From the NCBI RefSeq assembly GCF_001262605.1, contig NZ_LGTC01000001.1, positions 1,071,192 to 1,103,191 on the forward strand: DNA of 32,000 bases, given 5' to 3'. The DNA comes from Pseudobacteroides cellulosolvens ATCC 35603 = DSM 2933. Lineage in GTDB: Bacteria; Bacillota; Clostridia; Acetivibrionales; DSM-2933. This document shows, piece by piece, positions 24,569 to 32,000 of this stretch. Made by a program: the position numbers and the translations under genes. A model generated the notes under the pieces. That model was not told the DNA's origin. It worked only from the letters and a program-made list of their open reading frames with translations, and ran no database searches. The number at the start of each line of letters is the position of its first letter. Within the stretch, counting starts at the first letter, position 1.

Positions 24569-24841
24569 TTAACCGCATAACCTGCAGGTGCCAAAAGAAA
24601 CACATGCCTTTAACTGCTCGCATATATATTTATACTCGCTTATACTGATACCATACTTGTCAAGTATCTGCTGTGTAGGCATAGCGGGTTTAAATGCCAT
24701 GTTGCCGCACATATTAGGTCTGCGTTTATCAGGTGAGATATCATACTTATCGCCAAAATCCTTATAATTTGCCTTAATACCGTTAATTTTAAACATTTTA
24801 GTCTCGCATATTGTGCTGTATACGTCTAATTCCAATTTCAT
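24569..24841 (-). CDS. hypothetical 90-aa protein with a C-terminal CxxC
   Basis: ORF-track ORF with GGAGTGG upstream and its own terminator. The protein ends ...CVSFGTCRLCG. I recognise no family. Confidence 0.5.
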   Translation of the reverse strand: MKLELDVYSTICETKMFKINGIKANYKDFGDKYDISPDKRRPNMCGNMAFKPAMPTQQILDKYGISISEYKYICEQLKACVSFGTCRLCG

Positions 24842-25027
24842 TTAAAACCACTCCTTCTATAGACATTTTCATTATTCATAAGGTTAAAATTTTGTTAATT
24901 GTTTGACAATTTAATTTTACTGCAATCAAAACTACCCAACAATTATAATTTTTCAGCCTGTCAAATGGTCTTTTCAGCTACCTGATTGTTAGATACGGTA
25001 TAGAGATTCGTGGTTTTAATCTCCATT

Positions 25028-25072
25028 AAAAAACGCAAAATACCCCCATGAAGATTAATCCTCATGAGGGTA
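25028..25072 (-). terminator. intrinsic terminator downstream of the TnpB-like gene
   Basis: The minus strand has taccctcatga-ggattaatc-tcatgggggta (11-bp stem with one G-U pair) followed by ttttgcgtttttt. Confidence 0.7.
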
Positions 25073-25204
25073 TTGCTAGATAGCTGCTCTTTCACATCAA
25101 AACGTTCTTGTATTGATGTCTTACTCGGTAAGATTTCCATTTAATTATGGAAGTGGTGCGGCAGCAAAAGCACATATTGGTCAGTAATATTAATTTATTA
25201 TATA
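25073..25204 (-). ncRNA. candidate structured RNA (omega/guide-RNA-like) between the TnpB-like stop and the terminator
   Basis: A closing helix pairs 25083-25087 with 25161-25165 (gctgc/gcagc). It encloses three 6-bp hairpins: 25135-25152 (ttccat/atggaa), 25119-25133 (tcttac/gtaaga) and 25095-25118 (catcaa/ttgatg). There is no ORF. The position matches where TnpB-family guide-RNA scaffolds lie. The ends are not defined. Confidence 0.3.
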
Positions 25205-26689
25205 TTAAATATACTCTATCAAATCCATGAAATTTTCAACGCTTTCTAATTTCCTTATAAGGCTTATTCTGGCAGAATGAGCTTTTTTATCTTGAGTCTT
25301 AACTATAAGTTTCGTATCTTCAATTATCTTTTGGATTTCATTCTTAAGCCGCAATAGTTGGTCCTCTTTGTAACTTGTAAAACAATCCAGACCAAGGATT
25401 TTATTGGAAAATACTACTCCACTGTCAACTCTCTTTATATTGATTTTAATTTTTGAAGTATTGTAATCAATAAGCTTTCTTGCTAGATTAAGGCTTCCCA
25501 GCTTGTCTATATCCATTGTGGTTCCACAGCTTGAGCATATTAGCAAATCCTTGTTGAACCTGTTCTTTTTGGAATTCCGCCCACAACTGCAGCATGTATA
25601 ATAAATACCTATAGGGCTTACCTTAATAGGCTTGGGAAGTCCTTTCCATTGAAGCTTGTACTCTAGAAGGCTTACCATTCGGTTATAGTCCTTCCTCTTA
25701 AATCGAGGCAGGTATTGATCCAGATCATTATCACTCCACCCCAACCCATCTCCTCTTTGTGAAAGGTTTTGAACTATTATCTGTGCTTTATGAGAAATGG
25801 CTATATCGGTAATTATATTAGCTGCTTTATGCAGCTTATTTAAAGGTATTCCTGATGAATCATCATTTTTTTCCAGAGTATCAATCTCACCGGATATTAT
25901 TATTTCCCCGTGAGAATTCACAACAGTATAATGAAGGTTGCTTTTTAGCCCTCTGCTAACACCCATATACGCCATAGTGCTTATGCTCTTTGACTCACCC
26001 GCTTCTATTGATATGGCCAGATAATATTCATTATCCCTTACTAAAAGTCTCGCAGTCTTGAAACACTCGGGTGCTTTAGACGCCTCCTTTATAATCCTCT
26101 CCTGCCATTTACCGAAAGAAAGCGGTACAATAATATGAGTTTCCTTCCTTCTCTTTCTTTCCAGCATCTTATTGTCTTTATGAACATGAACCAGGCCTTC
26201 CCTTATATTAGCCTCCGCCGCTGTCCTTGCATTAGGACCGTTAAGCAGATAAAGTTTAACATAATACCTGTCCTTTTCCTTGTCATAAAGCAGGCAGTAA
26301 CCTCTTTTGGTATCGTACCTGCAAAAATAAATAGGACGGAAATAACTGAAGGCTGCTTCTTTATTCACATTTTCCTGGCATACGCTTCCAGTTCTCAAAC
26401 AGTCGGCCATGGCATATGCAAATTCAAGTCTCAAAGAATCTTTAAACGGCTGTACATCGAATTTGTTCAGCTCCTGACTTAAGTTGCTGTCAATCCATTT
26501 TGAAAGTGCCAGTATATTATATTGACCGGCCTTCACTTTAAACCTTTGTTCAAGTTCAGGTAAGCAGTTGCCTGCTTTGTTTATGAGAAATTCAAAGGCC
26601 TTGTTATAGCCAAGTAAAGCATCATTAATAATTTGCTGCTTTGCTTTACTTGGCTTATGAAGTTTTAAAACAATTGTCCTCATCCCCAT
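25205..26689 (-). CDS. TnpB/Cas12f-like RNA-guided-nuclease homologue with substituted RuvC catalytic residues (494 aa)
   Basis: The N-terminus RTIVLKLHKPSKAKQQIINDAL...YNKAF resembles the typical TnpB opening. IIVPLSFGKWQ resembles the wedge-strand motif. The RuvC-I position reads MGVSRGL (S245 where GxDxG is expected). The RuvC-II position reads IIVQNLS (Q307 where E is expected). The zinc finger C366-x2-C369...C385-x2-C388 is intact. RuvC-III reads MDIDKLGSLNLAR, so the Asp is retained. Confidence 0.7.
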   Translation of the reverse strand: MGMRTIVLKLHKPSKAKQQIINDALLGYNKAFEFLINKAGNCLPELEQRFKVKAGQYNILALSKWIDSNLSQELNKFDVQPFKDSLRLEFAYAMADCLRTGSVCQENVNKEAAFSYFRPIYFCRYDTKRGYCLLYDKEKDRYYVKLYLLNGPNARTAAEANIREGLVHVHKDNKMLERKRRKETHIIVPLSFGKWQERIIKEASKAPECFKTARLLVRDNEYYLAISIEAGESKSISTMAYMGVSRGLKSNLHYTVVNSHGEIIISGEIDTLEKNDDSSGIPLNKLHKAANIITDIAISHKAQIIVQNLSQRGDGLGWSDNDLDQYLPRFKRKDYNRMVSLLEYKLQWKGLPKPIKVSPIGIYYTCCSCGRNSKKNRFNKDLLICSSCGTTMDIDKLGSLNLARKLIDYNTSKIKINIKRVDSGVVFSNKILGLDCFTSYKEDQLLRLKNEIQKIIEDTKLIVKTQDKKAHSARISLIRKLESVENFMDLIEYI

Positions 26690-26721
26690 AGGTCAAGACC
26701 CTTTCACTTCACACAATTTCC

Positions 26722-29334
26722 TTATTTTCCGCCGTTATAAGCGGTTAGGTATATCTTTTCCAACTCAGACACCAATGGGAGTCTTGGGTTAGCAGTTGTA
26801 CACTGATCTTCAAATGCCTTATCTGCAAGCTCAGCAACCTTGGCATTGAACTTTTTGCTGTCAACCTTGCATTCTGCTATTGTGGAAGGCATATTAAGCT
26901 CTTTCATAAGATCCTTGATGGCTTTTATCAAGCTTTTTACCCCTTCCTCATTGGTTGATGCAGGAAGTCCCAGTGCTTTTGCTATTTCAGCATATTTTTT
27001 GTCTGCAATGAATGTTTCATATTTAGGGAAAGACACAAACTTAGTAGGCTTTTGTGCATTGTACTCTATAACATAAGGTAGAAGTACTGCATTTGCCCTT
27101 CCGTGAGGTATATGGAATTCTCCACCCAGTTTGTGAGCAAGGCTGTGGTTTATTCCCAGGAATGCATTTGTAAATGCCATACCTGCTATACATGAAGCGT
27201 TATGCATTTTTTCTCTTGCCAACGCATCATTGCCATTCTTGTAGGCCCTTGGCAAGTATTCGAACACCAACTGAATAGCCTTTATTGCCAAGCCGTCAGT
27301 AAAATCGGATGCCAGGATGGATACATAGGCTTCAATAGCGTGGGTAAGAACATCCATACCTGTGTCGGCAGTTACTGAAGGCGGTACAGACATTACGTAA
27401 TCAGCATCTATTATTGCAACATCAGGAGTCAATTCATAATCCGCCAGAGGATATTTCACATTTCTTTCTTTATCGGTAATAACCGCAAAGGATGTAACCT
27501 CTGAACCTGTACCCGAAGTGGTGGGAATTGCTACCATCTTTGACTTTTTGCCCAGTTTAGGGAACTTGTAAACTCTCTTTCTTATGTCCATAAACTTAAG
27601 CCTTAATGAATTAAAGTCAGTTTCAGGATGCTCATAGAAAAGCCACATTCCTTTAGCCGCATCCATGGCCGATCCGCCGCCTAAAGCTATTATAACATCT
27701 GGCTGAAACTTGTTCATAAGCTCGCAGCCCTTCATAACAGTCTCAACAGATGGGTCCGGTTCAACATCTGAGAATATCTCACAGTGAACATACTGCTGTC
27801 TTTTTCTAAGGTAGTAAAGAATTTTATCTACATATCCAAGCTTAACCATATATGGGTCGGTTACTATAAATGCTTTTGATATATTAGGCATCTTCTCTAG
27901 GTACTGAGTTGAGCCAAATTCAAAGTATATTTTTTCAGGTATCTTAAACCATTGCATATTCACTCTTCTCCTTGACACTCTTTTTTTGTTGATAAGATTT
28001 GCTGCAGAAACATTCTGAGTTGTTGAATTTTTTCCGTATGTTCCGCATCCTAATGTAAGAGATGGAGTGTTTGTATTGTAAATATCACCGATAGCACCAT
28101 GTGTTGAAGGTGAATTGACTATTAACCTTCCCGATTTTAGCCTCTTTGAAAACTCCTCGATTATTTTCTCGTCGTTGGAGTGTATGACGGATGAGTGTCC
28201 CAAACCTCCGAATTCAACCATCTGTTCAGCTTTCCTTATTCCTTCCTCAGAAGAATCCACAATATAGTATGCAAGGATTGGGCTGAGCTTTTCCCTTGAA
28301 AGAGGGTACTCCGGACCTACATCTTCCTGCTTTGCTATTAGAATTTTTGTATTTTCAGGCACATTTAAACCTGCCATATTTGCTATGGTATAAGCAGATT
28401 GTCCTACAACATTTGGATTCATGGCACACTTTACTTCATCTATGGCCAGCTTTGCCAACTTTTTAGTTTCATCTTCATTTAAGAAATAGCATGAATTGTC
28501 CTTCATAAATTTTTCAAACTCCGCAGAAACCTCACGATCTACGATAACAGCCTGTTCAGATGCACAGATCATCCCGTTGTCGAAGGTCTTTGACAATATA
28601 AGGTCTGTTGCAGCTCTCTTTATATTGGCAGTTTTTTCAATATAACACGGTACATTACCCGGTCCAACACCAAGGGCAGGTTTGCCTGTGCTGTATGCTG
28701 CCTGAACCATTCCTGCTCCTCCGGTTGCAAGTATCAGAGATACACCGCTGTGGTTCATAAGAAGTTGAGTCGCTTCAATTGAGGGTTTTTCTACCCAAAG
28801 TATGCAGTCTTCAGGAGCACCTGCTTCTATAGCAGCGTCCCTCAATACCCTTGCAGCTTCAGCACTGCATTTTTGTGCAGATGGATGGAATGCAAATATA
28901 ATGGGGTTCCTTGCCTTAATTGCTATTATTGCTTTAAACATGGTTGTGGATGTAGGATTTGTGACAGGTGTTACAGCAGCTATTACGCCTACCGGTTCCG
29001 CTACTTCAAAGAAATCTTCATTTTCATTATCGTTTATTATTCCAACAGTTTTCTCGTACTTGATGCTATGGTAAATGTACTCTGTAGAAAATAAATTTTT
29101 TGTGATTTTGTCTTCATAAACACCCCTGCCTGTTTCCTCAACAGCCATTTTAGCAAGTCGCATGTGGTCATCTATTCCGCTTAATGCCATAGCTTTAACG
29201 ATGGCATCGATCTTTTCCTGATCGTATGTCATGAATTTTTCCAATGCTTTTTGTGCCCTTGAAACAAGTTCACCTATTTCCTTATTAACATTAACCTGCT
29301 CATTAACTTGATTGTTTTTAATTTTTTCTGTCAT
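26722..29334 (-). CDS. adhE: bifunctional acetaldehyde-CoA/alcohol dehydrogenase
   Basis: About 870 aa, with an N-terminal aldehyde dehydrogenase domain and a C-terminal iron-type alcohol dehydrogenase domain (GGGSAMDAAK, HxxxH region). I placed the start at the ATG at 29334, 8 nt after AGAGGAG. The track's GTG at 29343 abuts the RBS. Confidence 0.95.
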   Translation of the reverse strand: MTEKIKNNQVNEQVNVNKEIGELVSRAQKALEKFMTYDQEKIDAIVKAMALSGIDDHMRLAKMAVEETGRGVYEDKITKNLFSTEYIYHSIKYEKTVGIINDNENEDFFEVAEPVGVIAAVTPVTNPTSTTMFKAIIAIKARNPIIFAFHPSAQKCSAEAARVLRDAAIEAGAPEDCILWVEKPSIEATQLLMNHSGVSLILATGGAGMVQAAYSTGKPALGVGPGNVPCYIEKTANIKRAATDLILSKTFDNGMICASEQAVIVDREVSAEFEKFMKDNSCYFLNEDETKKLAKLAIDEVKCAMNPNVVGQSAYTIANMAGLNVPENTKILIAKQEDVGPEYPLSREKLSPILAYYIVDSSEEGIRKAEQMVEFGGLGHSSVIHSNDEKIIEEFSKRLKSGRLIVNSPSTHGAIGDIYNTNTPSLTLGCGTYGKNSTTQNVSAANLINKKRVSRRRVNMQWFKIPEKIYFEFGSTQYLEKMPNISKAFIVTDPYMVKLGYVDKILYYLRKRQQYVHCEIFSDVEPDPSVETVMKGCELMNKFQPDVIIALGGGSAMDAAKGMWLFYEHPETDFNSLRLKFMDIRKRVYKFPKLGKKSKMVAIPTTSGTGSEVTSFAVITDKERNVKYPLADYELTPDVAIIDADYVMSVPPSVTADTGMDVLTHAIEAYVSILASDFTDGLAIKAIQLVFEYLPRAYKNGNDALAREKMHNASCIAGMAFTNAFLGINHSLAHKLGGEFHIPHGRANAVLLPYVIEYNAQKPTKFVSFPKYETFIADKKYAEIAKALGLPASTNEEGVKSLIKAIKDLMKELNMPSTIAECKVDSKKFNAKVAELADKAFEDQCTTANPRLPLVSELEKIYLTAYNGGK

Positions 29335-29372
29335 AATGATCACTCCTCTAATCTCTTTATCTTTTTGTCACT

Positions 29373-29390
29373 TTGTTAATTATTTAACAC
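29373..29390. promoter_or_regulatory. putative Rex (redox-sensing repressor) operator upstream of adhE
   Basis: TTGTTAAttatTTAACAc matches 17 of 18 positions of the clostridial Rex consensus TTGTTAAnnnnTTAACAA. It lies 39-56 nt upstream of the adhE start. Confidence 0.55.
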
Positions 29391-29430
29391 TCTATTTTAA
29401 AAAATCACATGGTGATTTTGTACCTTTATG

Positions 29431-30603
29431 TTAATGGTACTCCAAGGTAACTTGTTTACCCAGTTTCCTCAAATATATCACTATCTCTTCTACAAGTTTC
29501 AGCTTAAGGCTTAAATTAAAAGGAAATTCAGGGTTCTGATGTGCCGGATTCATGGCACGCCCTACTATAAAATGAATATTTGTGCTCTCCTCCAGAAGAA
29601 TTTTTGCTAGTCTCGATGCTCCATCCTTTTTATTTAGGTTTAGAAAATCCTTCATGGTGCTTTCGGATGAATCACAGGCTTTTATATAATCAAGAGTCTT
29701 CCTTAATGTAAGTACACCTTCAGTAGCAAGATCAATTCCATCTATATCAGCTGTTGGTGGTACACTGGGATTGTAGTAGTCAAAGTTTGTCTTTATTTCT
29801 TTTTTTAGAACCCTTGCCACTATTTGCGAGGTAGTACCGCCGCAAACTACCTTTTTTCCTTCCAATGCAGTAAAATCATATATGATCTCTCTATCTTCCT
29901 GTGAATCTATTGGTGGCCCCACCATTACGTTGAGCCTAACGGGCTTTCGTATATTGACGGTTACCACAGTTGTATCGTCACCGGGCTCCTGGGCATACAG
30001 GTTGTCACACACCGAAAGCAGCAGCTTTGTAATTGCTTTTGCAGAAATATCGTTTTTATATGTCCTTTGAATGTACTCTGAAACATTGTTCCACTGCCAT
30101 CCAAGGTTCAAGGTTTGACCGATTCCGGCATGTATTACTCCATCACTTACTATAATAAACATGTCATCAGGAGTTACCGTAAACCTGGCTTCCTTGATTT
30201 TCTTACCGCTAATTAACCTTATTGTTGTTTCTATGTTAAAAGGTTTCCCTTTTCTTAGCCTGAACACAGATGGATTATCGAATTCAACCAGATACCCTTC
30301 ACCGGAGTTGAAAACCTGAAGTATTGAAAAGGTGGAATACGCAATTCCTCTTTCCCGGCAAACCGGCAGTGTATTTGCAATTGTTTCAACTGCTTCATCG
30401 ATACTTGAACCGTTTGCCATAATTGTTCCAATAATTTTGGCAGTAAGGGTAGCAAGGATATTTGCCTTAACCCCGCTCCCAAGCCCATCTGCAAGCACTA
30501 CTACAACGGAATTTTCATCTCTTATGATCTCAACCTTATCTCCGCACAGTTCCTCATTATGCTTGTTAAGGCTTTCAAAACTTGTATCTATATATAAGCT
30601 CAC
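29431..30603 (-). CDS. SpoIIE/PP2C-family serine phosphatase (HfsC-like), 390 aa
   Basis: CGDKVEII...VVVLADGLGSGVKANILATL and ...FIIVSDGVIHAG.. are PP2C/SpoIIE motifs. The gene overlaps the upstream gene by 4 nt. Confidence 0.8.
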   Translation of the reverse strand: MSLYIDTSFESLNKHNEELCGDKVEIIRDENSVVVVLADGLGSGVKANILATLTAKIIGTIMANGSSIDEAVETIANTLPVCRERGIAYSTFSILQVFNSGEGYLVEFDNPSVFRLRKGKPFNIETTIRLISGKKIKEARFTVTPDDMFIIVSDGVIHAGIGQTLNLGWQWNNVSEYIQRTYKNDISAKAITKLLLSVCDNLYAQEPGDDTTVVTVNIRKPVRLNVMVGPPIDSQEDREIIYDFTALEGKKVVCGGTTSQIVARVLKKEIKTNFDYYNPSVPPTADIDGIDLATEGVLTLRKTLDYIKACDSSESTMKDFLNLNKKDGASRLAKILLEESTNIHFIVGRAMNPAHQNPEFPFNLSLKLKLVEEIVIYLRKLGKQVTLEYH

Positions 30604-32000
30604 TTAACATCACCCATTTCCGACATGATCGACTTTTTGAGCTTGGTTAGTGCAACCTTCGTTTCAGCTGTTGTTTCTCCTAAGAGGCTGGCAATCTCTT
30701 GTGCAACTCTCATTTGCTTTTCTATTACCTTTTGTGCAAGCTCCACATTCTCTTCACGGATTTTATGCATCTTTTGTATTTGTCTTTCCTCATCCGTTAT
30801 ATCCTTTATAACTACAACTACTATGTTTTGGTCGGGTACGTAAATTATGGACTGAGTGACAGTCATGTCGTACTTTTCATAATAGTATTTTTCATCATAT
30901 ATATTTTTCTTACTGTCAATAACAAACTGGAAATCTCCGCATTCCAATACCTCAAAAATACTTTTACCTTCAAGGGATGATTTATTTAGTCCAAATATCT
31001 TCTGAGCCGAGTAATTGGCTTCCTGTATGCACAGCTTCTCATTAAGGGCAAAAATAGCATTTGGTGTAGTGTTAATAATTAGGTTGGACATGGACTCGGC
31101 TCTTTCTCTCATATATGGCAAACACATATGGAGTTGGGCTCTGTTGTTATAAACGGCAATTGCTTTGTCCCTGCAGCTTGAATAACCGCATGCCCCGCAA
31201 TTTAATTCCTTATCCGCTGTAAACTTCCCTATACTGTTCAATATACCTTGTATAGCCGACTCTGAGGGTACTGCACCTTTCTTTTGCATGTCAAAGAAAT
31301 TTCTTTTTAAATCAACCTTCGAATCTCTCGTACTTACAAGTTTTTCTTCTTTTAATCCACGTTTTAAATAGGTTAGCAACCTTCTTCTTGCCTCTAAAAA
31401 TCCACCCTTTATATGCTTCATGCATGGACCGCCAATGCATCCGCCTGAACAGCTGTTCATTTCAATAAAGTAATTTTCAAGGCCGTCATTTTTTATAGAA
31501 TCCAGTATCTTTATGCATCTTTCTACTCCATCCACACTGAGACACTGGTAATTTTTATTGTTTCTGCTTTCAAGCGTTTTAATAATTCCTCCGGGAACTG
31601 GATAAATTCTTGCTCTAAGCTCCCTTACTCCCTTTATTTCATCAGTTAAATCGATATCATCGGTAATACCTTCCTCTAAAAGCCATGCATCCAATTCTTC
31701 AAATGTTATTGCTGCATCTATTACTCCTCTGGTTTGAAGATCATTACACTCATCCTTTTTAGAAAGGCATGGTCCAATAAATACTACCTTTATCCTCGGC
31801 CCATACATTTCACGAAGCATCTTTCCATGGGCTATCATTGGAGATACAACTGGAGCCAACTGGTCTACCAGCTCAGGATAATATTTTTGAACAAGCAGTG
31901 TAATTGATGGACAGGCAGAAGTTATAATATTTTTCATCTTCTTTTCTTTGATCAATTGATCATACTTCTTGGAAACCTGTGCAGCACCTACCGCTGTTTC
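30600..32000 (-). CDS. sensory [FeFe]-hydrogenase-like protein with C-terminal Cys motif and PAS domain (HydS/HfsB-like); 5'-partial
   Basis: H-cluster-domain motifs TSACPS and FIGPCLSKKDE are present. The C-terminal part carries CGACGYSSC and a PAS-like region. The frame stays open from the track start (a TTG at 31955) to the window edge (...ETAVGAAQVSKKYDQLIKEKK...), so the gene starts beyond 32000. Confidence 0.75.
   Translation of the reverse strand, partial: ETAVGAAQVSKKYDQLIKEKKMKNIITSACPSITLLVQKYYPELVDQLAPVVSPMIAHGKMLREMYGPRIKVVFIGPCLSKKDECNDLQTRGVIDAAITFEELDAWLLEEGITDDIDLTDEIKGVRELRARIYPVPGGIIKTLESRNNKNYQCLSVDGVERCIKILDSIKNDGLENYFIEMNSCSGGCIGGPCMKHIKGGFLEARRRLLTYLKRGLKEEKLVSTRDSKVDLKRNFFDMQKKGAVPSESAIQGILNSIGKFTADKELNCGACGYSSCRDKAIAVYNNRAQLHMCLPYMRERAESMSNLIINTTPNAIFALNEKLCIQEANYSAQKIFGLNKSSLEGKSIFEVLECGDFQFVIDSKKNIYDEKYYYEKYDMTVTQSIIYVPDQNIVVVVIKDITDEERQIQKMHKIREENVELAQKVIEKQMRVAQEIASLLGETTAETKVALTKLKKSIMSEMGDVK

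Noticed and set aside
25083-25165. Cloverleaf-like fold as a tRNA gene
   Set aside because: The arm and loop sizes (6-bp stems with loops of 6, 3 and 12 nt, and a 5-bp closing helix) do not fit tRNA geometry. There is no T-loop or D-loop consensus and no anticodon loop of 7 nt.
25205-26689. Calling the 494-aa gene an active IS200/IS605-type transposon (tnpB)
   Set aside because: There is no tnpA, no recognisable transposon-end hairpins, and only 32 bp separate it from adhE. Two of the three RuvC catalytic positions appear substituted. It looks domesticated rather than mobile.
26135-31000. Plus-strand ORFs inside the TnpB-like gene, adhE, the phosphatase and the hydrogenase-like gene (26135-26482, 26840-27076, 28802-29094, 29882-30070, 30332-30607, 30625-30980), and the minus-strand 30255-30494
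   Set aside because: They are antisense or out-of-frame shadows within long, well-supported genes.

Overview
Low-GC, Clostridia-like chromosomal segment; most genes are on the minus strand. Left edge: the 3' end of a membrane permease gene (2-178), then a very AT-rich spacer with one small membrane-protein gene. The main feature (779-16511) is a head-to-tail tandem pair of an integrase-less filamentous (inovirus-like) prophage. The unit is 6,960 bp. It encodes a G2P-like Rep, a Zot/pI-like ATPase, pVI-like and pIII-like proteins, a textbook pVIII-like major coat protein, two tiny hydrophobic proteins, an ssDNA-binding candidate, a divergent RHH regulator and two ORF-free, hairpin-rich regions. 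The same 17-bp core sits at all three junctions. Joining the outer host flanks rebuilds a perfect 17-bp-arm palindrome as the presumed attB. Copy 2 carries a 1,815-bp IS110-family element inserted right at the Shine-Dalgarno of the coat gene. That IS has a 409-bp 3' non-coding tail containing bridge/seek-RNA-like guide matches. Copy 2 also differs from copy 1 by a few SNPs and homopolymer indels, one of which changes the Zot C-terminus. Right of the prophages lie host genes. These are a carbamoyltransferase/SxtJ/DUF5989/SGNH operon (the 50-aa DUF5989 ORF is missing from the ORF track), a soluble 1062-aa chemoreceptor with a duplicated Cys-rich PAS-like module, and a 90-aa orphan. Next comes a 494-aa TnpB/Cas12f-like protein whose RuvC-I Asp and RuvC-II Glu appear replaced (S245, Q307). 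It sits 32 bp downstream of adhE, with no tnpA or IS ends that I can see, and is followed by a structured RNA-like element and a terminator. The window ends with adhE (near-consensus Rex operator upstream), a SpoIIE/PP2C phosphatase and a 5'-partial PAS-containing sensory [FeFe]-hydrogenase-like gene. No rRNA, tRNA or CRISPR array was seen. All family assignments come from motif reading, not searches.
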